Under the pieces are notes generated by a model, which did not search any database, was not told the DNA's origin, and was given only the letters and a program-made list of their open reading frames with translations. A stretch of 64,000 bases of DNA from Emiliania huxleyi CCMP1516. Taxonomy: Eukaryota. The position numbers and the translations under genes were made by a program. How positions within the stretch are numbered: the first letter of the stretch is position 1; every line of letters begins with the position of its first letter. This document shows, in pieces, positions 16,588 through 29,192 of the stretch. Where the stretch lies: positions 1-64,000 of the forward strand of contig NW_005201123.1 of NCBI RefSeq assembly GCF_000372725.1, in the 5' to 3' direction.

Positions 16588-16690
16588 TTGTTCACAGCCT
16601 TGTTATTGAGAAGAAAATACCTCCGCTGGCGCTGTGCGCTGGCCTGTGAGGGGTTGAGGTGCGAGCCCTGGAGGCCCTGGGGATGGGGGG
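16588..16690 (+). repeat. Repeat family C (other copies 17964-18063 on +, 29219-29328 on -)
   Basis: GCCTTGTTATTGAGAAGAAAATAC...GGTTGAGGTGCGAGCCCTGGAGGCCCTGGGGATGGGGG is present three times. Confidence 0.85.
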
Positions 16691-17032
16691 GTTCACAGAT
16701 AGGTTGATAAGAAACAAGAAGCACACATCGCACAGACAGTTCACAACAACGAGTCGTTCGCGGCGGCGGGCTTGCGCGGCGCGCTGCTCGACGGGAGGCT
16801 GCTCTCCAACCTTTCAACAGTGTCCTTTACCTCGCTACTCTCGCTGCAACCGCCTGCGCCGCTGATGTGGCGTGGGGCCGCCGGCGGGGCTGCTGCCGCG
16901 CACGCCGCGCTGAGGGCCTCACCATCGTGTCCTCGCCGCGCCCGGGGAGAATATGTGTCGTCTGATGTGTCACTGTAAAAACGTCAGTTAATCGCCGCGG
17001 AGGAGCGTCAGTGTAGAGGCCGCTGCCTCTTA

Positions 17033-17412
17033 GAGGGGGTGGACCGTGAGTTGATGGGGGGACGCGACCCACCTCGCCACAGACGGTCCCGCGCCTCGCC
17101 ACTATGACGGGTGGACGACCGCGGCGCTCGTGTGCGTCTACCCGTCTTTGCTGCTCACACGCTCTGCACAGATGGCACAGCCTACTGCGTGCGGCTGCCA
17201 CAGCTGTGACAGCGATGGGCTCGCCCTCACTGGCCCCCTCAGTCGCCGAGCATGGGTGTGAGGTAAAACCACGCTACCAGCGCTTGGTCAAAACATCGGC
17301 CCCGAGGTCAGATCCTTCTACTCTGTTAGTGAAAAGACTTGTCTACTGGCTGGAGCCGAGCAGGAGGGCCCGGCGCACAAGAACCCCTGGTCAACTCACG
17401 GTCCACACCCCG
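17033..17412. mobile_element. MITE-like element D with ~20-bp imperfect TIRs (partial copy at 46805-46920)
   Basis: Left GGGGGTGGACCGTGAGTTGA, right TCAACTCACGGTCCACACCCC. Bases 17292-17411 are the reverse complement of 46805-46920. Confidence 0.7.
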
Positions 17413-17720
17413 CTAATGGCGCACGCCAGAAAGCATGTCTCGGGCCCTCTCCACTAATCGACGCGCTTGCCCAACGCCAGGCTAAGGAACTGTGGTGCGT
17501 GCCTGTCCACAACCGCCCACAATGAAAGAAAGAGCTGCGCCGCCCGTGCTTGCAGTCGTTGATTGCAGCTCCGATGGAGCTCTCACAGCTCGATCAAAAA
17601 GAGCGCCTTCGGCACTACTCTCTCGAGGTCTCGCTGATCTTTTCCATCAAGGTACGCGGGGCCAACCCTCGGAGACCCGTGTTTACTTTACGGCCCTTCC
17701 CCTGCGAACGCGCACCCCCG

Positions 17721-17833
17721 GGGCTAGGGCTCTCTTGCCCGCAACCCGATGCCAATCATCCGGCCCGCTGGGTGCGCTTCTGAGCTCCCCGGCCCTGGAT
17801 GTGCGGTTGCTGACTGCACTCCAAGTGCTCCAA
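17721..17833 (+). mobile_element. SINE/LINE-tail family B2 (other copies 26753-26873 +, 20611-20675 -, 30895-30952 -, 11125-11148 +)
   Basis: Shared CCCCGGCCCTGGATGTG.GGTTGC.GACTGCACTCCAAGTGCTCCAAG 3' end with a variable number of CCAAGTGCT units. Confidence 0.75.
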
Positions 17834-18080
17834 GATCAACCCCCCGACGGCGAAGGGGCAGGGGCAGCAGCATTCCTGAGATTGCGTGTCGTCGATGTTT
17901 GTGTTTCGGTCACGGACCTAAGTGCCTCGCCTTCCTCGCAGGAGTAGCATAGGCGGCTCCGGTGGCCTTGTTATGAGAAGAAATTACGTCGTATGGCGCT
18001 ATGCGCTGGTCTGTGAGAGGTTGAGGTGCGAGCCCTGGAGGCCCTGGGGATGGGGGGAGACTACCCGCGGGCGTAGAAGG

Positions 18081-18263
18081 CCCATCACGACCGAGGTGAT
18101 GAGCGACCCGGTGATGGCGGCGGACGGCCATTCCTACGAGCGGAAGCAGATCGAGCGCTGGCTCGCCACCAAGTCGACGAGCCCGATGACGGGCGAGGCG
18201 CTCGAGCATAGCTTCCTCACCCCAAACCACGCGCTGCGCGGGCGGATTCGAGAGTGGCATTGA
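18081..18263 (+). pseudogene. Orphan U-box fragment
   Basis: PITTEVMSDPVMAADGHSYERKQIERWLATKSTSPMTGEAL is nearly identical to 40251-40445. Repeat C replaces its 5' part. Confidence 0.85.
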
Positions 18264-18486
18264 GCGGTTTCGCGCGTTCTGGCGGGGCGGAAAAACGTCG
18301 TCAAGCTAAAGGTTTGCCCCGGCCCCCGGGGAGCGGGGGTCGGCCACCACTGGGGACGTCCGTTACATGCTCATTTGAGGGGGTCGGGGGGTAGGGGTCG
18401 GTCGGGGGGGGGGGGGTCGGATACCCCTACCCTACCCGGAAACAGCTCGAATCCTAGCTTGAACTCATATGATGGCGCGCTCACTG

Positions 18487-19255
18487 ATGGCGCGCTCACG
18501 CCGCGCCTTGAGCACACTACGGAACAGCATGATCGACTGCTCAAAGGTTCACGTCCGGCCTGACCGGCACGGAGGTCTCGGCGCCTTTGCCGCGTGCAAC
18601 ATCGCCTCCGGAGAGGCGCTCACGCATGCACGTGGTTCCAGCAACCGCCACACATCCACAATCGTTGACCACACGAGCAACACTCCGATGTGCTCTTTAC
18701 AGTCGCCGCTCATCATGACAGTCGCCGCCACGCAGGTTGTCGAGAAGGGCGTGGCGCGCGTTCTCACCAACGTTGACGGCAATGAGAACCCGTGCGCTGC
18801 GCCGCCCGTCCTCTGCCAAGCACAGCCGCTTACACAGCCAGTGGCTCCACCTCCCTGGGCAGGTACGTCTTCACTTGGTCGGACGAGGTGCCGCATCGGG
18901 CACCTCCGAGACACCACCAGCCGCGACGGGCACCTTCAAGACACCTCCCTCGCCTCTCAGGTGCCAAACGAGCACTGGGCCGTTGGCAGCGGCTGCGCGA
19001 CCTTTTACAACACCTGCGGGCACGAGGAGGAGAGCGCCGCCTCCTCCACCTACGACATATGCACCTACCTCATCTCCTAGCCTTTCTCTCTCTCCCCCCC
19101 CCCCACAGGCCAACACGATCGTCGAGCGCGACTTCGACAAGAACACCTTCCAGATTTTCGCCACCAGGGACATCCAGGAGGGCGACGAGCTGAGGCACGT
19201 CTACAAGTCCAAGGAGTGGCGAAACTGCTTCGCCTCGCTCAACATCATTATGTAG
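18487..19255 (+). CDS. Small SET-domain protein (5 exons)
   Basis: HGGLGAFAACNIASGE|VVEKG..|YVFTW|..GSGCATFYN..|..FATRDIQEGDELRHVY, a minimal SET fold of the bacterial/viral type. Confidence 0.85.
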
Positions 19256-19679
19256 GAGGGGTGGGTTGGGAGCTAGGCACGGCGCGAGTTGCGCGGTTCT
19301 GTTGCCAGCGGGGAGACACAGCAGGCAGACAGTCTCAGAACGATAATCCGCCGGAGGGTCATACGTTAGGGAGGCCTCCATACGCGGCGTACTGTTGTGG
19401 CCTAAAGTCTGCCCAGGTTGTGGGGGACACGATCCCGGCGTGAACACGACTAACTGACGGATCCGCTCCTGACAGTCGCACGCGCCGCGCGCGCTGGAGC
19501 GTGGAGGGCGCGTGCGCCACTGGTGTCTTTGTTTGAAGTAAAAAGTCGAATGACGCAGAGCGCCGTCGGCGTTGCGGGCCACGGACCGCCCGTCCGGCAC
19601 CGCTCCGGGACGGCACGCCGGCGAAGCACCATCAAGCTGCTGTACGGCCCCGGCATCGCCTCCCCTGGCTCTTACTGTA

Positions 19680-19935
19680 GCTAGACTGAGAGGTATTGTG
19701 CATAGTCGCTCTACAATCTACTCACTGACACTGAACCTCCCAGAGCTCGTCCCGGTCCGCCACGGCCATCCTCGGCCTCCGGCGGGCCCCCGGCCGCGGC
19801 GCGGTGCGGCGGCGTCACACACAATCCGAACGCAGAGCACCGGGACGCGGTCGGGCGATCTGAGGCCCAACTAGGCGTATGCATTGCCCATCCAGGGCTA
19901 TCACGTGGACCTATCAACAGGCGCCTGCGGCGCCG
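19680..19935 (+). repeat. Repeat family E (diverged copy at 47473-47730)
   Basis: Collinear similarity, e.g. CCTCCCAGAGCTCGTC..GGTCCGCCACGGCCATCCTC and CCAACTAGGCGTATG..CCAGGGCTATCAC. Confidence 0.85.
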
Positions 19936-20771
19936 TGCTCAGGAGCTGCTGCTCCAACCTGTTCACACTTTCGTACGGCACAGTAACGATAGTGATCTGG
20001 TTAAGGTTACTCTGTTCACGTTCACACCTCGTATCACCCCAATAGTGATACAAGAGGTAGCCTGCGGCCCTGCGCCAGTCCACCGCCCTTTATTGAGTTT
20101 TGTCGTGCCTGTGTCGTGGCTCCATAAGGCTCGTGCCAGTCGCGAGCGTTCTGGATCTGGTGGCGGGTGGCATGTGAGGAAGTGAGAGCACGACAGCGCA
20201 TATTTTTTCTATTTGCCAGTGCGCGCCAGTCCCGTGCCCCGGTAGAGCTGCCCCCAGCAGGCGTTTGACCAAAATCCAAATTCCCTACTCCAGCTGGGGC
20301 TGCCCTCGGACCCGAGAATTCTTTTTTTGACGAGGTGACTTGGACAACGCGACAACCCAAGAGTTGGCCGGGGCTGCAGAAGCAGCGTATCTCGGTCGTT
20401 CTTCACACGGCAATCGCAGAGCAGATTGTGAACGAGCTTACCTGTGGCGGGGGCGGTCGAGTGCACGGAGCTAAGTGCCTCGCCGTCCTCGCGGGAGTCG
20501 CTTGGCGGCTCCCGCAGTGTACCTGTACCTGTGTTAGTGCCAGTGTGCGCGCCAGTCCCGCAGTGTTGTTTTTGTTTGCCAGTCCCGTGCCCAGTGTCGT
20601 GCGAGGTAGTGCACTTGGAGCACTTGGAGCACTTGGAGTGCAGTCATTAATCGCACGCCCAGGACCGGGGAGCTAGGATTGGTAAAATTCTTTTTTCACG
20701 GCGTGTATTGACGGCATAGCTTTGTGGTGCGCGCTGCGCGCACCTCGCGCGAGCGGCCGCAACGGGCGCCC

Positions 20772-23098
20772 ATGGCGTTGGTGTTGCCGCCGCGCATGCC
20801 GCCGGCCGGCGCGCGCTGCACACCGGCTGGCGCGCGCTGCACCGGCGCCGACGGCCGCCCCGCCGTCCCGTGGCTGCACGGCTGCTGCTCTGGCGGCGTC
20901 AAGGCGTGCGTTGCGGCGCCGGACTGGGGCACCTGGTGCCGCCCAAAGCTTGCCGCTGCGCGTGAAAACGCCACGGCCTGCTCGAAGAGACGGCCGGCTG
21001 CCCGGCTAAAGTTTGTCTTCACTGGCGTGCGGCAGCAGGGCTCCGTGCTGCAGCTGTCCGACCTGTCGCTATTCGACTGCGACGGCGCCCGGGTGGCGGT
21101 GTCGGCGGCCGAGAACCCGGGCGGAGCCTGGCCCGGGGCCCACCCGCCTTCCAAAGCCGTCGACGGCGCCGTCGGAGTCAGCACGCGCAGCACGGCAGCG
21201 CCGGCCTCGGCCGCCGCCAGGAGCCTCCGCAAGGGCACCAAGTGGGTCGACGTCAACATGGGGCAGCGAGGGCACGCCATCCTCCTCGTCACCCTCCGCA
21301 CGCCCGCCCCCCTCGGCGCGTACCAGCTCTCTACCGCAAACGATAGCCCGGCGGGCGACCCGGTCTCGTGGGCGACTACCGCGAGCCTTCTCACACAGAA
21401 CCGTCTCGGAAGTGTCCTGCAGGCGGGCGACCCGGTCTCCTGGGCAGTCTACCAGGACGCGCGCCCACACCAGGAGATTACCAGGACGGCCCAGTACTTT
21501 GACTTTGCGGGCGGGCGCATCCGTGGCGTCGCCGCAGCACAGAGAGCGAGGAGCGACGGCGGCGGCGACGGCGGCGGCGGCGGCGGCGGCGGCGGGGGCG
21601 GCGGCGGCGCGTCCTCAGAGGCGGCGGCGTCTCTCGGAGGCGGGCCTGTGCCGGGGGGGTCTGGTGCGGCTGCTGCGGGGTGGGAGCTGGTCCACTCGGT
21701 CGATGCCGCGGCGGCGCCGCTCGCCCGCTTCGCAGAGTACGCTCGCGTCCCGTTTGCCCGCTCGACTCCGTCGCGTGCCGCACTCGAGGCGCTCGCGAGG
21801 ATCGAGCGGGAGGTGGGCGACGCGGCGAGCCGTCGGCCGTCGCCGGCGTCGCTCACGCCGGAGGCATGGCCGGAGGCGCCGTCGGCGGTGTTGGCGACGG
21901 CTGCCGCGCGCGCCACCGCCGCTTCTCCGATTGCGGGCCACGCTCCTGGTCAGGCAGCGTCGCCTCCGCCTCCGCCTCCGCCTCCGCCTCCGCCTCCGCC
22001 TCAACTTCATCTCTTCGGTACGGTCCCGCCGGATGTGGCGCCCTACGTTGCGAGCGCCCTGCTGTTGGGAGGGCCGGCGCTCGCGCTCTGCGCGTCCGCC
22101 GTCCTCTGCTTGCGAGCTCTGGCGCCGGGGCCGCGCGCGAGACGCCGCATCAGGCGGGCGGAGGCGGAGGCGGCATCAGGAGCAGCTCGGCGGCGGTGCG
22201 ACGCGAGGAAGGGCGACGAGTACGCGGCGGCCGAGGAGGAGGAGGAGGAGGAGGAGGAGAGCGGGAGCGGGAGCGGGAGCGAGGGGGGTGAGGTGGGGGA
22301 GGGTGGGTTCGGATACCGTGGGGTAGGGGAGGGTGGGTTCGGGTACCGTGGGGGTAGGGGAGGGCGGCGAGGGCGTGACATGGACGAGGTTGTGGAAGTG
22401 CTCACGTCGGACGGCGGCTGGTACGAGACGGAGGAGGACGTGCCGCTCAGGCTCGCCTCGTCGGGCAGGAGAGGGGGCGAGGGCACGAGGCGCGGGCGGC
22501 GGCCGAGACGCGGCGTAGCCAAGGACGCAAGCCGGCGCGGCGGCGGTGCGGGCTGGCCGGCGAGCATGCCGGGGAGGCGGCCGGGGGCGGCGGAGGGCGA
22601 GGACGGCTCGGCGGGCGGGCTGCCCAAGCTGCTGCGCCTCGTGAGGAGCCTCGAGTCGAAGCTAGAGGCGCGGCTCGCCTCGCTGGCGGAGACTCTGGTG
22701 CGGAGGCTCGACGGTGCGCCGAGAGTCGCCGAGAGGAGTCGAGATTGAGCCGAGGTTAGGTGCGCAGGCTCGACGGCGCGCGTCGCCTGCTCGCTCGCCT
22801 CAGCCCGCGCTTAGCTCTCGCTCCCTCGCCTGCAGTGGCCTCCCCACCTGCCTGCTGCCCTCTGCGCTCGCCGCCGCGCTGCTTGCGCCGCCCCCTCCCC
22901 CAACTGCCCACCCCCCTACACTCGGCTCTCCTGCGCAGCGTTGAGCGTGAGGGCGTGGCGTGAGCGCTAGGTCGGCGGCGCGGCGGCGGCGGCGGCGGCG
23001 ACGACGGCGAGTCGGAGGAGCAGCTCGAGGAGCAGTCGCTGCGAGAGTATCAGCGAGCGTCGCAGGGGCTCGACGCGGCGCTAGTCGCGGGCCAGGCA

Positions 23099-23193
<95 letters not shown>

Positions 23194-23507
23194 TCGCCTT
23201 GTGTTTGGTGTGTCTGTGTGGCGTGACTCAAGCAGCGTACCCGACTCTTCCCCGCAATCCGCCGCGTACCCACCCCCCTCCCTACGTGTTGCCGAATAGC
23301 TCGCTATTGTGCCTTCCCTGCTGGTGAGACACGACCACATTCGGGGGGGCCTTGCTACCCCGCCCCCAGCCCAACCTTTCTTCACCCCTGTGCCCTGACC
23401 AGGCGCCGCCGACCGAGCTGATCGAGGCGCGCGACGCGGCGCTGCCGCTGCTGAGCGACGCAGACCTGCAGGCCGAGTACCTACACACACACACACACAC
23501 ACCACCA

Positions 23508-23550
<43 letters not shown>

Positions 23551-24692
23551 CACACACACACACACACACACACACACACCGCTCACCCACGCGCACACAC
23601 CGCTCACCCACGCGCACACACCGCTCACCCACGCGCACCGGGCCTTGCACTCTGAATGCCGTCGGGCTCTTGTCTTTCTAGACGTCGAGCCGCGAGGGCT
23701 GCCTGGCCCTTGCCCCACCACCTCGTGTGTGTGGAGAAGTGCGAGAAGGGTGACCTCCCCCTTGCCTGACCGTAGGCCGAGTACGAGCGGATGACAGCCG
23801 TGTACCTCGATGAGGCGACGCCGCCACGCCTCCGTGGCGCCGCAGAGATGGGCCTTATCCGGCTCGGAGACTTGCTCGAGACGCCGCGGGTGCAGCGCGC
23901 GGCGGTGGCGCGGCGGGCGGAGGCGGCACGGAGGGAGGCGATGGCTGCGAGCGAGGCTGCTGCCGCGGAGAGCGAAAAGGCGAGGAGAGAGCAGCTGGAG
24001 CAGCGCGAGGCAAACGAGCAGGCGCCCCCACCCCACGCACCACCACAACTCTCCCCATATCTCCCCAGATCACGCCAGATCACGCCAGAGTTGGCATATC
24101 TCGCCACAGCTCGCCTAGAGATCTCGCCGCGGCTCGCCGTCTCTCGCGTAAATCTCTCGCCGCATCTCGTCGCACCGCGCCTAGATTTCTCGCCACTCCT
24201 CGCCACACCTCGCCACACCTCGCCACACCGCCGTCGCCACACAACCTCTCCAGCCGCTCCACCGCACGCCGCCGCGCGCGTCGGAGCTGTCCAGAGAGCT
24301 GCACAGAAGCGCGCGCGCACCCTCCGCCCGCCCCGTGTGGGCGCTGATCTGCAGCTCAGATCGTTTGACTCGCGGTTGCCTGCTCCTGCCCGCCCCCGTT
24401 TCGGGCAGGCGCACGCCCATATCTCCCCATATCTCCCCATATCTCCCCATATCTCGGGCAGGCGCACGCCCGCGCGGAGCTCCACTGGAGAAAGGTGCTC
24501 GCGGAGGCCGCCGCCGGGGCGGAAGGCGCGTCGCAGCAGGTGCGGGCGCTCTTCGTCCCACAGACACGTTGTCCACGCAATAGCGCTTGTTCACGCCCGG
24601 CGCTGTGACTGTCCCCACGCAGGCGCGCCGCTTCGCCCACTCGACGGAGCTGCAGCTTGTCCTGATGGCGGAGGAGGAGGTGGAGACACGGA

Positions 24693-24747
<55 letters not shown>

Positions 24748-25070
24748 CTCGCCCGCGCGCACCGGGCCTTGCACTTTTGATGCCGTGGGGCTGTCGTTTA
24801 GACGTGGAGTCGCAAGGGTCGCCCCCCCTACCCAGACTTACATCTTTTGAGACGGTTACCCTGCCTGACCTTACCTTAGGTGGGCCGGCTGTCGCACGGC
24901 CGCTGGCTGGCGATGGGCACCAGCGGGCTGCGCGGCGAGGAGATGCGCGCAGTGCTGCACGCCGTCACCCGCTCGAGCGCGTCGGGCGTCGCGGTGGCCT
25001 CCTTCGTCGAGCAACTGCGGCACAAGATTGAGGCGTTGCCACCTTCGCCGCCGCCGCCACCGCCGCCGCA

Positions 25071-25111
<41 letters not shown>

Positions 25112-25452
25112 AGCCGCAGCCGCTGACCACTGCTGCCGCACCGACCGGAGCGGGGCAGCCACTTGACGCTTGGGGGGCCTATTGCATGTGCGCGTCTCAG
25201 CCACCCCAAACGTCTATGCCGCCTCCCTCGCAGCCGCCGCCCCCCGCCCTCCTCGCGCCGCCACGACCCTCCCCGTCCCGCCTGAGTAGCATGCCGCCGC
25301 CGTTGCCGAGATCATCGCCGGCTTCATCTCCAAGTCCGGGCGCGGCTGGCGGCAGCGGTGCCCGTTCCTGCAGCAGCGCCATGCTGGAGGCCATCCGTGC
25401 CAACCCGAGGGGAAGGCTCCGAGCCGTCGCCAAATCAAAGCCGCTGCCGTGA
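20772..25452 (+). CDS. Probable single-pass membrane protein: discoidin/galactose-binding-like domain, TM helix, helical region, polyPro and C-terminal WH2-like motif (multi-exon; joining of the two halves is inferred)
   Basis: LQLSDLSLF..NPGG..PSKAVDG..KWVD..YQLSTANDSPAGDPVSW; TM segment VASALLLGGPALALCASAVLCL; in-frame intron 22714-22970, then 23096-23402, 23472-23775, ~24022-24461, ~24540-24622, ~24681-24879; ends SAMLEAIRANPRGRLRAV. Confidence 0.55.
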
Positions 25453-25968
25453 TTGGGCGTGTTGTGCCTGGTGAGCTGTACATACAATGCGCCTCCCTCT
25501 CCCTTTTCTCCCAGTAAGCTAAAAGTACGTACATAGAGCCAGCTTACTAGAGAGTCTATATACGTAGACAGAAACTGCTTCACGAGTTACTTACGACGAG
25601 AAGAACCTAGCTAGAGCCGTAGACAGGCTCACTCAAAAAAAAGGGCCCGGGGGGCGCGACCTGCACGTTACCTGGGTGCTGGGAAGCGCGGGGAGTCGGG
25701 CACCGGGCGCAGGGCAGCCCACTTTGCCGCGGTGCAACACCTCCAACCAACAGCAACACGAAAAGACGTATTTGTTCATTTTTTGTCGTTTTTTGTTGGT
25801 GTGGCGGAAAGACTCGACTTCTCGAGAGCGGAGTCCGCGGAAGAGGCTGCAGAGGACGACTTGAGGACGGAGCCGTGCCGTCTCATAATTAATGTAGAAA
25901 CCTTAATGTAGAAACCTTTCCAGACACGGCCCGAAAACTAAAATCCTAACTCCCGGGAACAACATGAT

Positions 25969-26687
25969 TCAGTCCCCATATCTCATCGCGCGCGGGTATC
26001 GGCTCGGTATGACGCGGTCGCGCGGCGGCGGGCGGCACTCGATGGCGCCGGCCTCAGAGAGCGGGAGGATCTTCGCGGCCACTCGCGACTGCACGAGGCC
26101 GGCGGGCACGCAGCCAAACGCGTTCGAGTCGTGCGATAACGGGCCGTTGTCCCCTTCGACCCACACGTGCCCGCGCGGTACCCGCACCAGCGAACCGTCC
26201 CCGCACCGCGGCCGCACGAGGTCACCCTCGACGCCAATCACCTGGGGGAGGCGGAGGGCGCGGGTTGCGGACGGCACACTCCGCTCTTGGGACTCGGCGG
26301 CAATCGGTGGGGTGTGCTAGTCGCGCACCCGCTTAATGAGCACGTCGCCAACCTCGCATGGGGAGAGGAGCTCCACCACGTCGCCGCGCTCGTATGAGCG
26401 CGCCTGCGGGGCGGAGACCGCACGTCGTCGGAGGGCCCTGGCGAGGGTGCCTGGCGATGGCTGGGCTCGGGCGAGGCGCGACTGCGCACGTGCCACCGGT
26501 CGAGGAGCAGCAAGTCGCCGATGCGCCACCACGCGCGCGTGCTGTTCATAGTAGGCTGCATCGACCGACCCTCGGTTTGCCTGACGGTGCCAACGTACTC
26601 CTGGACGGCCAGCACGACCGGAACCCACCGCGCGACGTCCAAAAAGAACCGTTTGGACCTCTCTGACAAGCTGAGGACCTGAGTCAT
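25969..26687 (-). CDS. IMP2: Mitochondrial inner-membrane peptidase (S26 family, IMP2-like), 3 exons
   Basis: GRSMQPT (catalytic Ser), RGDVV..LIKRV (catalytic Lys), VPRGHVWVEGDN..SHDSNAFG. Confidence 0.88.
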
Positions 26688-28973
26688 GCCCCCGGGCGCA
26701 GCTTTGCTTGTCGAAAAAAGCGACCTTGCGGATGATGCGCGCCCCCCCCCTAGCTAGGGGTCAGGGCTCTCTAGCCCGTAGCCCGATGCCGATCATCCGG
26801 CTCGCTGGGTGCGCTTCTTAGCTCCCCGGCCCTGGATGTGAGGTTGCCGACTGCACTCCAAGTGCTCCAAGTGCGGATATTGGGAGACACCTTCGGGACC
26901 CGGCTGCGTGCTACACCTACGGGACCCGGCTGCATGTCATGTGGCAAACCATTTCCCTGCGCCACCAAAGAGCGCTTCACGTGTGGGCGTGCAGCACAGG
27001 AAGGAGACGCGCGGCGAGAGCGTGAGCAGCAGCGACTGTGGGCAGAGAGCTGGCAGAACGCGAGCGAGACGTGGGATGTTTGGGGCCGTGTCGTGTCGAG
27101 TCGACCTACGCGCCCGCTCGACGAGCCTCGACGCGGCGCAGGAAGCCGTGACGGCTGGTGCTGCACACCGCCATCGCAGCGTGTTGAAAAGGCGCTCTTG
27201 GCGCCACCGCGGTGGTGATCGAGCGCGTCGCGCACACGATAAAACGTGCGTACGTGATGGTGGTGAGCTCGGTCGAAGGTGGTGGGCCGAAAACGCGAGT
27301 AGGTACGGCCGCGCGGGGCCACGGCGAGCTTTGCGCAGAAATCGCACGCTTAGCTGGGCGATTTTGCCACATTTTGCCCTCTCGCGCGATCTTCTCGCGT
27401 CGGCAAGCGCGCGGGCCAGGATGGGCTAGCCGGCCCCGCCATGCTGGACGGGCCAGCGGCTGGCACGCGCCGGCCACCCCGGCGGCGCGGCGGCCTCATC
27501 GCGCTCGTCGTCTGCGAGGCCACCGCTCGGCGTCGCCGCGTCCGACGGCGATGGCGCTTGGCTGTGAGGTGGGATGGCGGCATGGTGCGCGCGGACGTGG
27601 GGGTGGTGCGGGATGCGCGTGCCAGCAAGCATAGTTTCACCTCCCCAACCCCGCAGGCGCGCCGACGTGCTGCCCGAGCGCGTTTGGAGGCAGCAGCTGC
27701 TCCTCGCGAGGCGCCTTCGGAGGGGTGCCACACCCCTTTCCCAGCCGCGCGCGAGTTATGCTCCGATTTGCGCTCTTTTTCGCACACGCCCGACGCTAGT
27801 AGGTGAGGATCGACCATCCTCCGCTAGCAGGGCTTCGTCGGGCGCGTCTTCGTCGAGCGGTGGTGCATCTCCCATGCTCCCACCCGCGCCCTCCTGGCAG
27901 CCCGCCCGCGGCCCACACCGACGCCCTCACGCGCTCACCCTAGTCGTAGGTGCGCTTTTTTTGCGTGGTCCCCGTCGATATGGGGCGCTGGGCGATGGCT
28001 GGGCTTGTCACCGGGCATACTGGCCCCTCAGGGGGCCAGTATGCCCGGGTGCGAAATCGAGGCGGTGCGGCCGCTGCGCGCAGCCTGTCCGGCCGGCGCG
28101 CGCATGGTTCCGTAGCCCGTCTAGTGCCTCACTGACCGACTCCAGCGCCACGGTGTACGTGGCCGGTGTGGTACTGGGGCTGGGCAGCCTTGGGGCCGGC
28201 GGAGACCGCCGTCTAGCGGTCGCACTAGTCTCTTTTCGTTGTTCGACCTGTTTGTTCGACGGTTGTTCGACCATACTTTGAGCCTTAATTATTAATTCAT
28301 GTTTGGGTCCCTGAGGTCGATACTAGCGTCTGTAACTTGCCACAAGCGTGCTTTACAAAAGTCCAGCGGAGCGGGAGTCGCAGAACGGCCGTCCGCGCGC
28401 GCTGTGAACAGTGCCATGGTCGAACGTTGTTCGACGACGTCGAACACGTAGCGAAAGAGAGACCGCGGGTGGGTTGGAGTGGGGCTCGCTGCGAGGAAGG
28501 GCTGTGTAAGTAAGTAAGAAGCCGATCCCCGCCCGTATTCCGCCCCACTCACTCCTCCCCACTGCTACCCCACCCACCCATTCGTTCGGGCCGGCATACG
28601 TACGCGGCCACGCACGCCTCGCAGATTCGTTTCTCGCGCCTGGGTCGGGCGCGCGGGGCACCCCCCGGGTCGCTCGACCAGCGATCCGTCCGAAGAGGTA
28701 ACCGCTATGCGAAGGAGAGAGCGGGGCCTCTCGACGCCTCTGTCCCTTTCCCCACAACGTTCAAAATCGGCGCAAAACTCGTGGGCGCCCATCGAAGACA
28801 TACAGTTGTACATGCTGGGGCCGGCCCCGCGCGTGCTATCACCCTTCCCTCACACGGTGTACGCGGTGCACGGACAAACGTGCGCGGTCAGCATCGGTCC
28901 CCACGATAGCAGCAAGGCTGTTCGGGACGCAGCCTGCGAGTGGGGACTGCCAAACGGATCGCGGGTGACAACG

Positions 28974-29192
28974 GCTACGGGACCGGCCCCAGCTTCGGCT
29001 GAGGGCTGAGGTAGAGCACGACCGACAAGCTTGCCGAGCCTGACCTCCCTCCCGAAGGCGATGCGCGAACCGCCAAGGAGCGGTGCCGGTGGGGTCCTCA
29101 CCCCGGCGGCCCACGGCCGTCTTAGCCTAGCGCAGCGCGAACTCGCTCTGAGCCTAGCGCAGCGCGAGATTTGCGCAGCAACCCGGCCGGGC
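28974..29192 (+). repeat. Repeat family F with a cUUCGg hairpin (second copy 58097-58292)
   Basis: CTACGGGACCGGCCCCAGCTTCGGCTGAGGGCTGAGGTAGAGC at the 5' end and (AGCCTAGCGCAGCGCGA)x2-GATTTGCGCAGCAACCCGGCCGGGC at the 3' end in both copies. Confidence 0.88.

Noticed and set aside
26838..28281. Several overlapping ORFs between IMP2 and repeat F
   Set aside because: No recognisable motif or consistent exon structure; the first ORF begins inside repeat B2.
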